From NCBI GenBank assembly GCA_036400935.1, contig DASWWW010000004.1:7808-71807 (forward strand): a stretch of 64,000 bases of DNA. The letters are read 5' to 3'. Below the pieces are notes generated by a model that saw nothing but the letters and a program-made list of their open reading frames with translations, was not told the DNA's origin and searched no databases. A program made the translations under genes and the position numbers. This stretch comes from Minisyncoccota bacterium. Its GTDB lineage: Bacteria; Patescibacteriota; Minisyncoccia; Phycocordibacterales; UBA6065. Shown here one piece after another: positions 15,931 to 25,424 of the stretch (positions are counted from its first letter, which is position 1; each line of letters opens with the position of its first letter).

Positions 15931-17228
15931 CGAACCGACCACTCCTCCTCTTGGCGGACAAGCAGCTTGCCGGCCTGGGACTGATCCTCGAGCAACGCCT
16001 TTGAAACGCGCTCCATACGCATGGACTGCGAACCCTTCACGAGCACCACATCGCCAGCGCGAACCATATCGGCAAGAGCGGCCGCAGCCTCCTCCGAAGT
16101 TGCGAAAGAATGGATACGATCGGCCGTCATGCCCGCATCGCGAGCACCGAGAGCGATGAACTTAGCAGCCTCGCCTACCGTTACGAGAGTGTGAAGGTGT
16201 TCAAAAGCGAGCTTTCCGATGTTTCGGTGAGCAGATTCGGTATTGTCGCCGAGCTCCTTCATGTCAGCTAATGCGGCCATCTTCCTGCCGCGAATCGAGA
16301 GCCCGCCCAAAGCCTTCAGCGCCTCGGCGCAGGCTATCGGGGAGGAATTGTACGTGTCGTCGATGATCGCGGACTTGAGCGCGCCCGGCAGAATCCTCAT
16401 TCGGCCCTTCGGAGTCTCGAAATCAGCAAAAGCCCCGGCAACCTCCTTCTGAATGCCGAGAACCGACGCGACGGCCGAGGCGGCCGCTACGGAATACATG
16501 AGATGCGACCCAAGAACGCCCCTGATCACGACATTCTCGCCGCCGATCTTCGCCCCTTGGCCAGTCGGCAGGGGTAGCGCTCCCTGGCCATATTCGATGT
16601 GGGTATCGGCGATGACCGTATTCGCCCGCGAGTCCTGGCCGTACGTCACGACCCGCAGAGTACCGCCCTTCGTCGCATTCAGATCCGCAACCGCCTTCAT
16701 AAATAGCGGGTCATCGGCGTTCACGACGAGAGCGCCGTCAGGCCTAAGCGCCTGCGCCAAGAACATCTTCTCGCGCAGAACGTCGGCAGCATCCTTGAAG
16801 AACTGAACGTGAACGGGAACGTCCGACATGCGGGTCAATACGACGATCTCCGGCGAGAGCCATTTCGCGACTGACTCGATATCACCCGGATGATCCGCGC
16901 CCACCTCGAGTACGAGCCATTCGGGATAATTCTTTCTAAAAAGCGCCACGACAAAGCCCTTCCAGAGGTTTTTCGCCCAGCCGCCCGCCGAAGACCAGGC
17001 GGTATCGAGGCCCAGGATGGTCAGAGGCAGGCCGAACTCGCTATTCATGCTCTTCTGGCTCTTGCGCGCATTGAAAGATCGCGACACGACGGCATAGATG
17101 GCGTCTTTGGTTGAGGTCTTGCCCACGTTGCCCGTAACGGCTATTACCTTCGGCTTATGCACACCCAAAGCGACCTTGGCTTCCCAGGTCAGTATCGCGA
17201 CGACAATTTTCTTGAAAATATTTTTCAC
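15927..17228 (-). CDS. murF: UDP-N-acetylmuramoyl-tripeptide--D-alanyl-D-alanine ligase
   Basis: VIAVTGNVGKTSTKD P-loop and Mur ligase central/C-terminal domains. Lies in the dcw cluster. Confidence 0.85.
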   Translation of the reverse strand: MKNIFKKIVVAILTWEAKVALGVHKPKVIAVTGNVGKTSTKDAIYAVVSRSFNARKSQKSMNSEFGLPLTILGLDTAWSSAGGWAKNLWKGFVVALFRKNYPEWLVLEVGADHPGDIESVAKWLSPEIVVLTRMSDVPVHVQFFKDAADVLREKMFLAQALRPDGALVVNADDPLFMKAVADLNATKGGTLRVVTYGQDSRANTVIADTHIEYGQGALPLPTGQGAKIGGENVVIRGVLGSHLMYSVAAASAVASVLGIQKEVAGAFADFETPKGRMRILPGALKSAIIDDTYNSSPIACAEALKALGGLSIRGRKMAALADMKELGDNTESAHRNIGKLAFEHLHTLVTVGEAAKFIALGARDAGMTADRIHSFATSEEAAAALADMVRAGDVVLVKGSQSMRMERVSKALLEDQSQAGKLLVRQEEEWSVR

Positions 17229-17278
17229 AGATGCTGCAGATGAGCTAATACTACCGACTAACGTCCCAAAAGCAATCG

Positions 17279-18994
17279 CTACCTGTCAGGCGGAATCTCG
17301 TAATAGTTGATGAGGAATTTGGTGAGGTCAATGAACGGCATGGTCAGAGTGTGCGACGCGTATTCCGCGCCTTTAGGATAGACGGTAAAGAGGAAGACGA
17401 TATAGCGCGGCTTCGATGCCGGGAAATAGCCGAAGAACGAGTGCAGGTAGCGGTCCTGATAGTAGCCGCCGCCGGTCTCCTTGGCGATCTGGGCCGTACC
17501 GGTCTTGGCGGCGATCGAGTAATTCTTCTGCTTTACGCTTCCGCCGAGGAGCGCCTGGTCGACGACGTTGACAAGCATGCCCGTAATCTTCTTCGATGTC
17601 TCGGCCGAAAGGACGGGTTCGGATGGGTCGTATGAGATCTCCTTCGACTCGCCGCTGGTGTAGTTTATCCTCTTTACGAGATGCGGGCTCGGCAGGAATC
17701 CGCCGTTGCCGAGGGCAGACAGTGCGCGAACCGTCTCGATAGGCGTAAGGGCGATTCCCTGGCCGAATGACGCGGTGACATGCTCGATGTCGCGCGGGCT
17801 CTTGAGGTTCGACACCAGGCCGTGCACCTCGCCCGGCAGGTCGATGCCCGTCTCATCGCCGAATCCGAAGTCCATGAAGTACTCGGTGAGCTTCTTGTTG
17901 CCCATCTTCTGCGTGACGAATGCCATTCCCGTGTTCAAGGAGTCGTTGAGAACCTTCTGCATGTCGACGACGCCTCGCGCCCTGCCGTCATAGTTGGAAA
18001 TCTTCGCCCCGTTCACGAGGACGAATCCTTTGTCGTCATAGGTAGTCGACGGCGTGACAGCGCCCGCGTCGATGCCGGCAGCCATAGCCAGCGGCTTTAC
18101 GATCGATCCCATCTCATAGACGCGGTCGACCATAGGATTGCCGAAAACGGACGCGTTTTTTTCCTTTGAGAGGTCGTTCGGATCGAACGTCGGATTGACC
18201 GCCATCGCCACAATCTCGCCCGTGTACGGGTCCATGACGATTCCGCCGGTCAAATCCGACTTCCATTTGGCCATGACAGAGGCGAGCTTCGCCTCGAGCT
18301 CGTGCTGCACCGCAGGCTCGATAGTCGTCACGATATCGCCCTCAGACTGCTTATTATCGAAAAGGGCGCCGCTGATATTAGTAAAGATCTGCGCAAAGAA
18401 GTTCACGTACAAGTCGGACGAATCGCGGGACAAGACGTCGTTATAGTACCTCTCGAGGCCATAGCGGCCAGTATGAGTGATGCCGTCATCGGCATAGCCG
18501 GTAAAGCCGAGGACGTTCGATGCCGTCTTGCCGCCCGGGTAGTACCTCCACTTCTCCTTGAACTGGCTAACGCCGGCAAGCTTGAGGGAGCCGATGCGCT
18601 CGGCCGTCGCCTCGTCGACCTTTTTGGCGACTTCGCGGTACGAGTCCGTCTTTTCATCGATCTTGTCGACAAGCGACTCGTCGTCCAAGTCCAAAATGCC
18701 CGAAAGGGCGTTGTACACGTCTTCCGGATACTGAATCTTGCGCGGCTCAAGAGCGACCGTATAGCCGGTCTTGAGCGTGGCTGCCGATATGAGCGTGCCG
18801 GTCTTGGAAGTGAAAAAGACCGAGCCTCTTTCGAATATGGTCTGTCCCGAGCGGATATACTGGCTGTTAGCTTGAGCGCTGTAGGCTTCGCTCTGGATAG
18901 CCTGGACGTAATAAAGCCGTCCCGCGAGGATGAGGGCGAAAAGGCATACGAATATGGCCAGCAGTTTTATGCGCCCTGTCCTGATCGAGACCAT
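17279..18994 (-). CDS. ftsI: peptidoglycan D,D-transpeptidase FtsI (class B PBP)
   Basis: N-terminal TM, SIVKP (SxxK), SxN and KTGTA motifs. dcw context. Confidence 0.85.
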   Translation of the reverse strand: MVSIRTGRIKLLAIFVCLFALILAGRLYYVQAIQSEAYSAQANSQYIRSGQTIFERGSVFFTSKTGTLISAATLKTGYTVALEPRKIQYPEDVYNALSGILDLDDESLVDKIDEKTDSYREVAKKVDEATAERIGSLKLAGVSQFKEKWRYYPGGKTASNVLGFTGYADDGITHTGRYGLERYYNDVLSRDSSDLYVNFFAQIFTNISGALFDNKQSEGDIVTTIEPAVQHELEAKLASVMAKWKSDLTGGIVMDPYTGEIVAMAVNPTFDPNDLSKEKNASVFGNPMVDRVYEMGSIVKPLAMAAGIDAGAVTPSTTYDDKGFVLVNGAKISNYDGRARGVVDMQKVLNDSLNTGMAFVTQKMGNKKLTEYFMDFGFGDETGIDLPGEVHGLVSNLKSPRDIEHVTASFGQGIALTPIETVRALSALGNGGFLPSPHLVKRINYTSGESKEISYDPSEPVLSAETSKKITGMLVNVVDQALLGGSVKQKNYSIAAKTGTAQIAKETGGGYYQDRYLHSFFGYFPASKPRYIVFLFTVYPKGAEYASHTLTMPFIDLTKFLINYYEIPPDR

Positions 18995-19000
18995 GCTGCG

Positions 19001-19321
19001 TTAGCGATTGAGGGAAAGCGACGCCGCAGAGCTCTTGGCGATATAGACGATGGCCTCAGCCGGCTCCGAATAGCCCTGAGCGAGTGCCGAGTCGAGAGTA
19101 ATAGCCGACTTTGCCGCTACGTACTGGGTCTCGAGGCTGCCGATCGAGGAAGTGAGAGCCGAGATCTGGGACTGCATGCCTTTTGCGGCGATGGCGTTAG
19201 AGACCGCGCCGGCGACGAGAGCGATGTATGCCGAGACAAGAAGACCGATGATAGCCAAAAGAACCCAAGAAGTGATTGGCTTCTCTATTGCCTGAACCTT
19301 TGCTGTTGCGAACTGTGTCAT
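19001..19321 (-). CDS. ftsL: cell division protein FtsL-like (TM + coiled coil)
   Basis: Start moved to MTQFATAKVQ at 19321. Single TM (WVLLAIIGLLVSAYIALVAGAV) plus a coiled-coil, lying between rsmH and ftsI. Confidence 0.5.
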   Translation of the reverse strand: MTQFATAKVQAIEKPITSWVLLAIIGLLVSAYIALVAGAVSNAIAAKGMQSQISALTSSIGSLETQYVAAKSAITLDSALAQGYSEPAEAIVYIAKSSAASLSLNR

Positions 19322-19332
19322 ATCTCTTTTGA

Positions 19333-20232
19333 TTACTCTTTGATAAATATCCTCAACTTTGAGCTTCTCGATCTTGGATTCCTCTCCATTTCCTCGTCCG
19401 TCGGCACTATCGGCTTCTTCGTCGTCTGCTTTCCCCTTCCTTCCTTCTCCCAATCCTTCATTAAAACTTTCGCTATGCGGTCCTCGAGGCTATGGAATGA
19501 GATCACCGCCATCCTTCCGCCGGGCGCAAGCGACTCGAGCGCCGCTGCGAGGCCCTGCCTGAGGCTGCCGAGCTCGTCGTTTACCGCGATTCGGAGAGCC
19601 TGAAAGGTTTTCGTGGCTGGATGGGTCTTGCCGTTCTTGTAAGCCCCGGGCACCGCGCTCTTTATGATCTCGACGAGGGCAAACGTCGTCTCGATCGGAG
19701 CGATCTCGCGAGCCTCGACGATCTTTTTCGCGATGCGGCGAGCGTAATGCTCTTCCCCGTATGCGTAGATCACGTTAGCGATGTCCTCTTCCTTCCAGCC
19801 GTTGACGATGTCGCGGGCAGTGAAGGCGTCCTTCCCAGGATTCTTTTCCATCGTCATGAGCAACGGCTCATCAAAACGGAATGAGAATCCCCTGCCCGAC
19901 GAGTCGAGGTGCGGCGAGGATACGCCGAGATCGAGCATGATCTTGTTGGCATGATCCTTTCCCGCCTCAGCGAGAAACTTATCCATCGACGAGAAGTTTC
20001 CCTTGAAGAGCCTGAACGACTCGCCCTCCTTCGCGCCCGCCGCCTCGAGCTTTGCCTTTGATTCCACGAGGGCGTCCTCGTCCCGATCGATGCCTACTAT
20101 GAAAACATTCGGCTCTGTCCTGAAAGCCTCGATCGAGTGCCCCGCGCGGCCAAGCGTACCGTCGACAACGATGTCTCCGGCCCGAAGCTCGAGCCCGCCT
20201 ACCGTCTCATGTAAAAGAACTGATTCGTGCAT
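19333..20232 (-). CDS. rsmH: 16S rRNA (cytosine1402-N4)-methyltransferase
   Basis: MHESVLLHETVGGLELRAGDIVVDGTLGRAGHS is the canonical RsmH N-terminus. Confidence 0.9.
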   Translation of the reverse strand: MHESVLLHETVGGLELRAGDIVVDGTLGRAGHSIEAFRTEPNVFIVGIDRDEDALVESKAKLEAAGAKEGESFRLFKGNFSSMDKFLAEAGKDHANKIMLDLGVSSPHLDSSGRGFSFRFDEPLLMTMEKNPGKDAFTARDIVNGWKEEDIANVIYAYGEEHYARRIAKKIVEAREIAPIETTFALVEIIKSAVPGAYKNGKTHPATKTFQALRIAVNDELGSLRQGLAAALESLAPGGRMAVISFHSLEDRIAKVLMKDWEKEGRGKQTTKKPIVPTDEEMERNPRSRSSKLRIFIKE

Positions 20233-20244
20233 ATTCCAGAAGTC

Positions 20245-20679
20245 TTAGAGCACGCCTACGGAGCCGAGCTTCTCAGCAAGCGCCCCAGCCTTGCCCTCTA
20301 CCTCCTTCTTGTACTCGCCCCACGCCTTGTCGTTCCAGATTTCGACGCGAGACTGCACGCCGACGACCGCCACCTTGCCCTTGAGGTTCGCCCACTTCTG
20401 AAGGAAGTCAGGAACGAGGATGCGGCCGATAGAGTCGATATCCGCCTCTATCGCACCTCCGAACATGAAGCGCGAGAACGAGCGGGTGTCCGACTGGCCG
20501 AACGACGCGTCAGAGAGCTTGCCCGCGATCTTCTCCCATTCCTTAGGCGTGAATACGAAAAGACAGTGATCGAGCCCTGGAGTGACTACGACCTTCTTTC
20601 CCATCTTCTCTCGGAACTTTACCGGGAGAGAGATGCGGTTCTTTTCATCTATAGAGTGAGTGTATTCGCCTATCAGCAT
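20245..20679 (-). CDS. mraZ: transcriptional regulator MraZ
   Basis: MLIGEYTHSIDEKNRISLPVKFREK plus a second DxxxR domain. First gene of the dcw operon. Confidence 0.9.
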   Translation of the reverse strand: MLIGEYTHSIDEKNRISLPVKFREKMGKKVVVTPGLDHCLFVFTPKEWEKIAGKLSDASFGQSDTRSFSRFMFGGAIEADIDSIGRILVPDFLQKWANLKGKVAVVGVQSRVEIWNDKAWGEYKKEVEGKAGALAEKLGSVGVL

Positions 20680-20863
20680 GGAAACTTCTCGCTACTTTCT
20701 ACTGCTTCTTTGCCGAAGCTTTCTTGATCGGGACAAGCTCTCGGAGCTTCATTCCCTTCACCTGCGTCACCTTTACTTCAATCGTTCCAAAGCTAGTGAG
20801 GACCTTGGAAACTGTTTGAACGATTCGCATGGCATCGTGGGCTTTTTATGTGAAAAATAATCT

Positions 20864-20912
20864 TTTCCACCTTTTCCCACTTACTAGATATTTTATAACA
20901 CTTTGTCCCACA
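20864..20912 (-). promoter_or_regulatory. possible MraZ operator (GTGGG-type direct repeats with 10-bp spacing) upstream of mraZ
   Basis: Minus sense has GGTGG, GTGGG and TGTGGG at plus positions 20866-20870, 20876-20880 and 20907-20911. Two are spaced exactly 10 nt apart. Confidence 0.3.
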
Positions 20913-20946
20913 ATGATACACGAAAATCCACTTTAACTGTGCATAA

Positions 20947-21038
20947 CTTTCGCCTCCCGCAGTGAATCCGGAGCACGGGTCGTTTCGATGGACGAAACGT
21001 CTTTCAACTCGAGCCGTCGCCCTCCGTTAATCTCCGGA
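20947..21038. repeat. 92-nt hairpin element with a 17-bp perfect inverted-repeat stem (ccgcagtgaatccggag / ctccggattcactgcgg) and an inner hairpin
   Basis: Arms at 20947-20963 and 21022-21038. Inner hairpin cgtttcg-atgga-cgaaacg. Lies between the dcw promoter region and the end of the upstream membrane gene. Confidence 0.7.
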
Positions 21039-21169
21039 TTCACTGCGGAAAGGCTCAATTCCAGAGCGTCGGGCTCCGAGAGCCCCTTAAAAGCAGGAGG
21101 AAGAGGAAGCTTGGACTCAAAAGTGGCGTTTTGGGCATAAAAAAGCGCCGTTCATAAAAGAACAGCGCG

Positions 21170-21637
21170 TCAGATCTTATTCGAAACAGAGACAGTGGTG
21201 CGACAGGCGAGTTTCCTACCCACCGCGCGACACATATGCGCCAGGATAACGGCAGGGTTGCACAGCGCAAGATCAATAAGAGCGCGGCGCAACAGAACGG
21301 GCGCAATATCAGGTCGGCCAGGAAAATAGCCCATCAAAGATTCTGGATAATGGTGCTTTTCCTCTTCCTTCGCCCAAACAGTGAGTACTGTTGCGGCAAT
21401 CGCAGCAACAACCGACACGAGATTTAGACCAATAACTGCTTGCCATCGGAATTCGGTAGCCCATTCTGTAGCGAGCAATCCGAAGAGCTGCCGGAGCAGC
21501 AAAAACCAGACCGCTATGTTAAACAGAAATACCGCAAGAAGCAGTATGAGTCCGAAAAACTGACGAGTTTTCATAAAGCAAAAATCGATCCCGAGGCAAA
21601 CTTGCTTCAAAGATCGACTATATGCTGGATAATACAA
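21170..21637 (-). CDS. hypothetical membrane protein
   Basis: Several TM helices. Lies 24 nt downstream of the lysS stop. Confidence 0.4.
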   Translation of the reverse strand: MYYPAYSRSLKQVCLGIDFCFMKTRQFFGLILLLAVFLFNIAVWFLLLRQLFGLLATEWATEFRWQAVIGLNLVSVVAAIAATVLTVWAKEEEKHHYPESLMGYFPGRPDIAPVLLRRALIDLALCNPAVILAHMCRAVGRKLACRTTVSVSNKI

Positions 21638-21660
21638 TTATTACACCTAAAGTCAAACGA

Positions 21661-23121
21661 CTACCGAGGCCGCATTGTCGGGAAAAGGATGACTTCCTTG
21701 ATATTGCGGGTATTGGTGAGGAGCATAGTGAGGCGGTCGATGCCGATGCCTACGCCGCCGGCTGGAGGCATGCCGTACTCGAGGGCTTCGATAAATTCCT
21801 CATCGTTAGGCTGCGCTTCCGCGTCCCCCGCTTTCGCATTAGCCTCCTCCTTGGTGAATCGCTCGCGCTGGTCGATCGGGTCGTTCAATTCAGAGAACGC
21901 CTTCACGAGCTCCATGCCGCCTGCGACGAGCTGGAATACGTCCACGACCGAAGGATCCTTCTCGGATCGCTTCGCCAATGGAAGCATGTTTACCGGATAG
22001 TCGGTGATGAATGTCGGCTGGATGACCTTTGGCCGAGAAACTTTCTTATAGATATTGTCGATAATCTTCTCGCGAGAGTCCGATCGGTCGACGGTGACGC
22101 CGAGCTTGCGCGCGGTCTTTACTACCGTATCAATGTCGGCAGAGATTGGATCGATACCCGCGCCCTCGGCGACGAGGTCCTTGTAGGTAATGCGCTTGAA
22201 CGGCTTTGAGAAATCGATCTTTGTGTCGCCCGTGTCGATCGCGTCCCCGCCGAGGACTTTCTTAACGAGCTCCTTGAGCATGCTCTCGACGAAATCCATC
22301 TGCTTTGCGGCTGTCGAGAACGCCTCGTAGAACTCGAGCATGGTGAACTCGGGATTATGAGTGACGTCGATGCCCTCATTTCGGAAATTGCGGCCTATTT
22401 CATAGACTTTTGGGAAGCCTCCGATAAGGAGTTTCTTGAGATAGAGTTCAGGAGCGATGCGCAGGAAAAGGTCGATGTCGAGAGCGTTGTGATGCGTCTT
22501 GAAAGGCTCCGCATTGGTCCCTCCCGCCAATGGCTGGAGTGCCGGAGTCTCGACCTCGAGGTATCCCGCTCGATCGAGGAACGAGCGGATGGCCGTGACG
22601 GTCTTGCTACGAATGACGAATCGATTGCGGACCTCTTCCGACATGACGGTGTCGAGGTAGCGTCGGCGAAAGCGCTCCTCGACGTCCTGAAGGCCGCTCC
22701 ACTTCTCAGGTAGCGGCCGCAATGACTTGGCGAGCATCTTCCAGCCTTTCACCGAGAGGCTCTTCTCGCCCTTCTGGGTAAGGAAGAGGTCGCCGGAAAC
22801 CTCGACGATATCGCCGATGTCGACCGTCGCGCCGAAGAGGTCGAAAAGCTTCGGATCGAGAACGTCTTTCTTGATCACGGCCTGGAACGTGCCAGTACCA
22901 TCGAAAAGTGGCACGAACTGGATCGCCCCCTGCCCTCGGATTGCCATGATGCGGCCGGCGATGGTCACGTCGCCCTTGCCTGAAAGCTTGTCGAAGTCAG
23001 CCTTGAGATTGGCAAGCTCGAAATCGCGCCCCGATTCGATCGGGAACGGATTCATGCCCGCCTTCTGCAAGAGCGAGAGCTTCGCGAGCCGGCCTGCGCG
23101 TATTTCTTCGAGTGATGCCAT
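21661..23121 (-). CDS. lysS: lysine--tRNA ligase (class II)
   Basis: Full-length class II LysRS: N-terminal OB fold and motifs 1-3 (...FRNEGID..., ...GGGIGIDRL...). Confidence 0.9.
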   Translation of the reverse strand: MASLEEIRAGRLAKLSLLQKAGMNPFPIESGRDFELANLKADFDKLSGKGDVTIAGRIMAIRGQGAIQFVPLFDGTGTFQAVIKKDVLDPKLFDLFGATVDIGDIVEVSGDLFLTQKGEKSLSVKGWKMLAKSLRPLPEKWSGLQDVEERFRRRYLDTVMSEEVRNRFVIRSKTVTAIRSFLDRAGYLEVETPALQPLAGGTNAEPFKTHHNALDIDLFLRIAPELYLKKLLIGGFPKVYEIGRNFRNEGIDVTHNPEFTMLEFYEAFSTAAKQMDFVESMLKELVKKVLGGDAIDTGDTKIDFSKPFKRITYKDLVAEGAGIDPISADIDTVVKTARKLGVTVDRSDSREKIIDNIYKKVSRPKVIQPTFITDYPVNMLPLAKRSEKDPSVVDVFQLVAGGMELVKAFSELNDPIDQRERFTKEEANAKAGDAEAQPNDEEFIEALEYGMPPAGGVGIGIDRLTMLLTNTRNIKEVILFPTMRPR

Positions 23122-23138
23122 TATGTTTTAGGCCGAGA

Positions 23139-23615
23139 TTATTCTACGGCTGTGATCTTGTAGACGATCGAGCCCTTCGGGGTCTTTACGGTAACTGAAT
23201 CGCCGCGCTTCTTTCCGATGAGGAGAGAGCCGAGCGGAGACTGGTTCGAGATCTTGCCCTCGAGGGTGTTGACCTCGTCAGAGCCGACGATCTTGAATTT
23301 CTGGACGCCCTTGGCGCCCGACTTCTCGACGGATACCTGTGAGCCGATAGTGACGTGGTCGCCGTGCATGTCGTGGACGATCTCTGCGGTCTTGAGGGTG
23401 TTCTCAATATTGGCGATGCGGTCCTCGATAGTAGCCTGAATCTCGCGCGCCTCCTGGTACTCGGCGTTCTCGGAAAGGTCTCCAAGGGATCGGGCGTATT
23501 CGAGATTGCCCGCGACTTCCTTTCGCTTCACGGTCTTGAGCTCAACAAGCTCCTTTTCGAGCTCCTTGTACTTTTCTTTCGTGAGGTATTTCGTCGTATC
23601 CATTGTCTTTTCCAT
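23139..23615 (-). CDS. greA: transcription elongation factor GreA
   Basis: LTKEKYKELEKEL...DLSENAEYQEAREIQ coiled-coil plus a C-terminal FKBP-like domain. Confidence 0.9.
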   Translation of the reverse strand: MEKTMDTTKYLTKEKYKELEKELVELKTVKRKEVAGNLEYARSLGDLSENAEYQEAREIQATIEDRIANIENTLKTAEIVHDMHGDHVTIGSQVSVEKSGAKGVQKFKIVGSDEVNTLEGKISNQSPLGSLLIGKKRGDSVTVKTPKGSIVYKITAVE

Positions 23616-23682
23616 AGCTTCAATTTATCAGATTAATGCCAGCATGATACCACAAAAAGCCGCTTTAACCAAGTAAAGCGGC

Positions 23683-25383
23683 TTATTCGGCAGCCCGGAT
23701 GTACTTGGGGTAATTGAGGTGCATCCAGTCGAAAAGCTCGCGCATTACATAGGTGGCGCCATATACATTGGCCCTCGGGCCGTGCTCCATGACCACCACG
23801 AAGGCGTACTGGGGATTATCGTATGGGAAAAAGCCCTCTACCCACGAATTCACGAAAGCTTTCGAGACTCCGAGCTCGGCGGTACCGGTCTTGGCCGCCG
23901 CCTTTAGGTACGGGACGTTGAGGCCGCTCGCCGACCCTTCGGTCGCTCCCTGGCGCATGCCCTCGCGCACGATCTGGAAGTTCGCGGGGTCGATATCGAC
24001 CTGAGTGCTGACGATCGGCGTAGACGTCGAGGATTTGAGGATCGTTGGGGTAAGATACGTGCCGCCATTGGCGATAGTTCCGACGGCGCGGATCATCTGG
24101 AACGGCGTGACCTGGAATCCGTATTGGCCGATAGAGGTAAAGTAAGTGTCTCCGATCCTCCACGGATCGCCCGGAAAGACCTTCTCCTTCCATGAAGGCG
24201 AAGGAATGGTTCCAGCAGGGCTCGCGAAGAAGCCGTCCTCGGTCGACTTGCCGAATCCGAACATTGAAAAGTATTTGTTAAGGCGCTCGATGCCGAGCCC
24301 CTGCACGCCCTCGAAGCCTCCGCCGACTTCGTAGAAATATACGTTAGAAGAGACGGCGATCGCGCGGCGCATGTCTACCGGGCCGTGCGCTTTCCAGTCC
24401 ATGAACGTCGTCTTGCGCTTTGGGTCGTACGGATTCGGGATGCTGATCGAGCCGGTGCTGATGATCTTGGTCTTCGGGTCGATCGTTCCCTCCTCGAGGG
24501 CGCCCAATGCCACGTACGGCTTTACGATCGAGCCTGGCGTATAGAGGCCGGAGAGCACGCGGTTGAAGAGCGGCTTGCGCGAGTCGGTGAGGTAGCTCGT
24601 GATAGTCTCGCGGTCGCTTCCCTCGACCATGATCGAGCTCTTGTATTCCGGGTACGAGGTAAGGGCGATGATCTCGCCCGTGCGCACGTCCATGATGATG
24701 CCTCCCCCGCCGTTGAAGCCCACCTTCTCCGCGAGCCCCGCGATTGACTCATGCAGCTTCTTCTGGACTTCGGCATCGATGGACAGGTTCAAGTTCGCTC
24801 CGTCAACGGCCGGACGGATCACTGATTCGGAATCGACGTCACCCAGGGCGTTCGACTGCATGATTTTCAGGCCATGCGTGCCCTGAAGCATGTCGTTATA
24901 GTATTTTTCCAAGCCGGAGACGCCGACGAAATTCTTTTGATAGTAGTTTCCCGACTTGTCCTTGGTCGGATACTTGATGTAGCCGAGGATATGTCCGAAT
25001 CCGGAATCCTGCGTATACGCGCGGATCGAGAAGTCCTGGCGTTCCGGATCGATAGCGTTCCAAGCGAGCTTCGTACCGTTGCGATCAAAGATGGCGCCGC
25101 GCTCCGCGTATATCACCGTCTGATCCATGGAGTTGTTCTCGCTCATGGCGCTATAGGTCGCGCCGTCCTTGGCCTGCAGGACCCAGGCCTTGCCGAGAAG
25201 GATGACGAGCATCAAGCCGAAAGCCGAGACGAGCATGATGATGCTCGCAAGAGAGATCGGCTTCTCGATCCTGCCCTCGAACTGGTCGGTATCGAGGCCT
25301 GGCAGGTTCTTCGAGTCGAGAAAGATCTCGTCCGGATCGATCTCGTGCCGGACGCATGATTTTTGTCGGCGTTTCAGGTTCAC
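23683..25383 (-). CDS. mrdA: penicillin-binding protein 2 (elongasome transpeptidase)
   Basis: Class B PBP with SIVKP, SSN and KTGTA motifs. A second class B PBP in addition to ftsI. Confidence 0.85.
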   Translation of the reverse strand: MNLKRRQKSCVRHEIDPDEIFLDSKNLPGLDTDQFEGRIEKPISLASIIMLVSAFGLMLVILLGKAWVLQAKDGATYSAMSENNSMDQTVIYAERGAIFDRNGTKLAWNAIDPERQDFSIRAYTQDSGFGHILGYIKYPTKDKSGNYYQKNFVGVSGLEKYYNDMLQGTHGLKIMQSNALGDVDSESVIRPAVDGANLNLSIDAEVQKKLHESIAGLAEKVGFNGGGGIIMDVRTGEIIALTSYPEYKSSIMVEGSDRETITSYLTDSRKPLFNRVLSGLYTPGSIVKPYVALGALEEGTIDPKTKIISTGSISIPNPYDPKRKTTFMDWKAHGPVDMRRAIAVSSNVYFYEVGGGFEGVQGLGIERLNKYFSMFGFGKSTEDGFFASPAGTIPSPSWKEKVFPGDPWRIGDTYFTSIGQYGFQVTPFQMIRAVGTIANGGTYLTPTILKSSTSTPIVSTQVDIDPANFQIVREGMRQGATEGSASGLNVPYLKAAAKTGTAELGVSKAFVNSWVEGFFPYDNPQYAFVVVMEHGPRANVYGATYVMRELFDWMHLNYPKYIRAAE

Positions 25384-25424
25384 GCAGGTATTCTATCACC
25401 TTTTAAAATTCCTTTAACTGCAAA

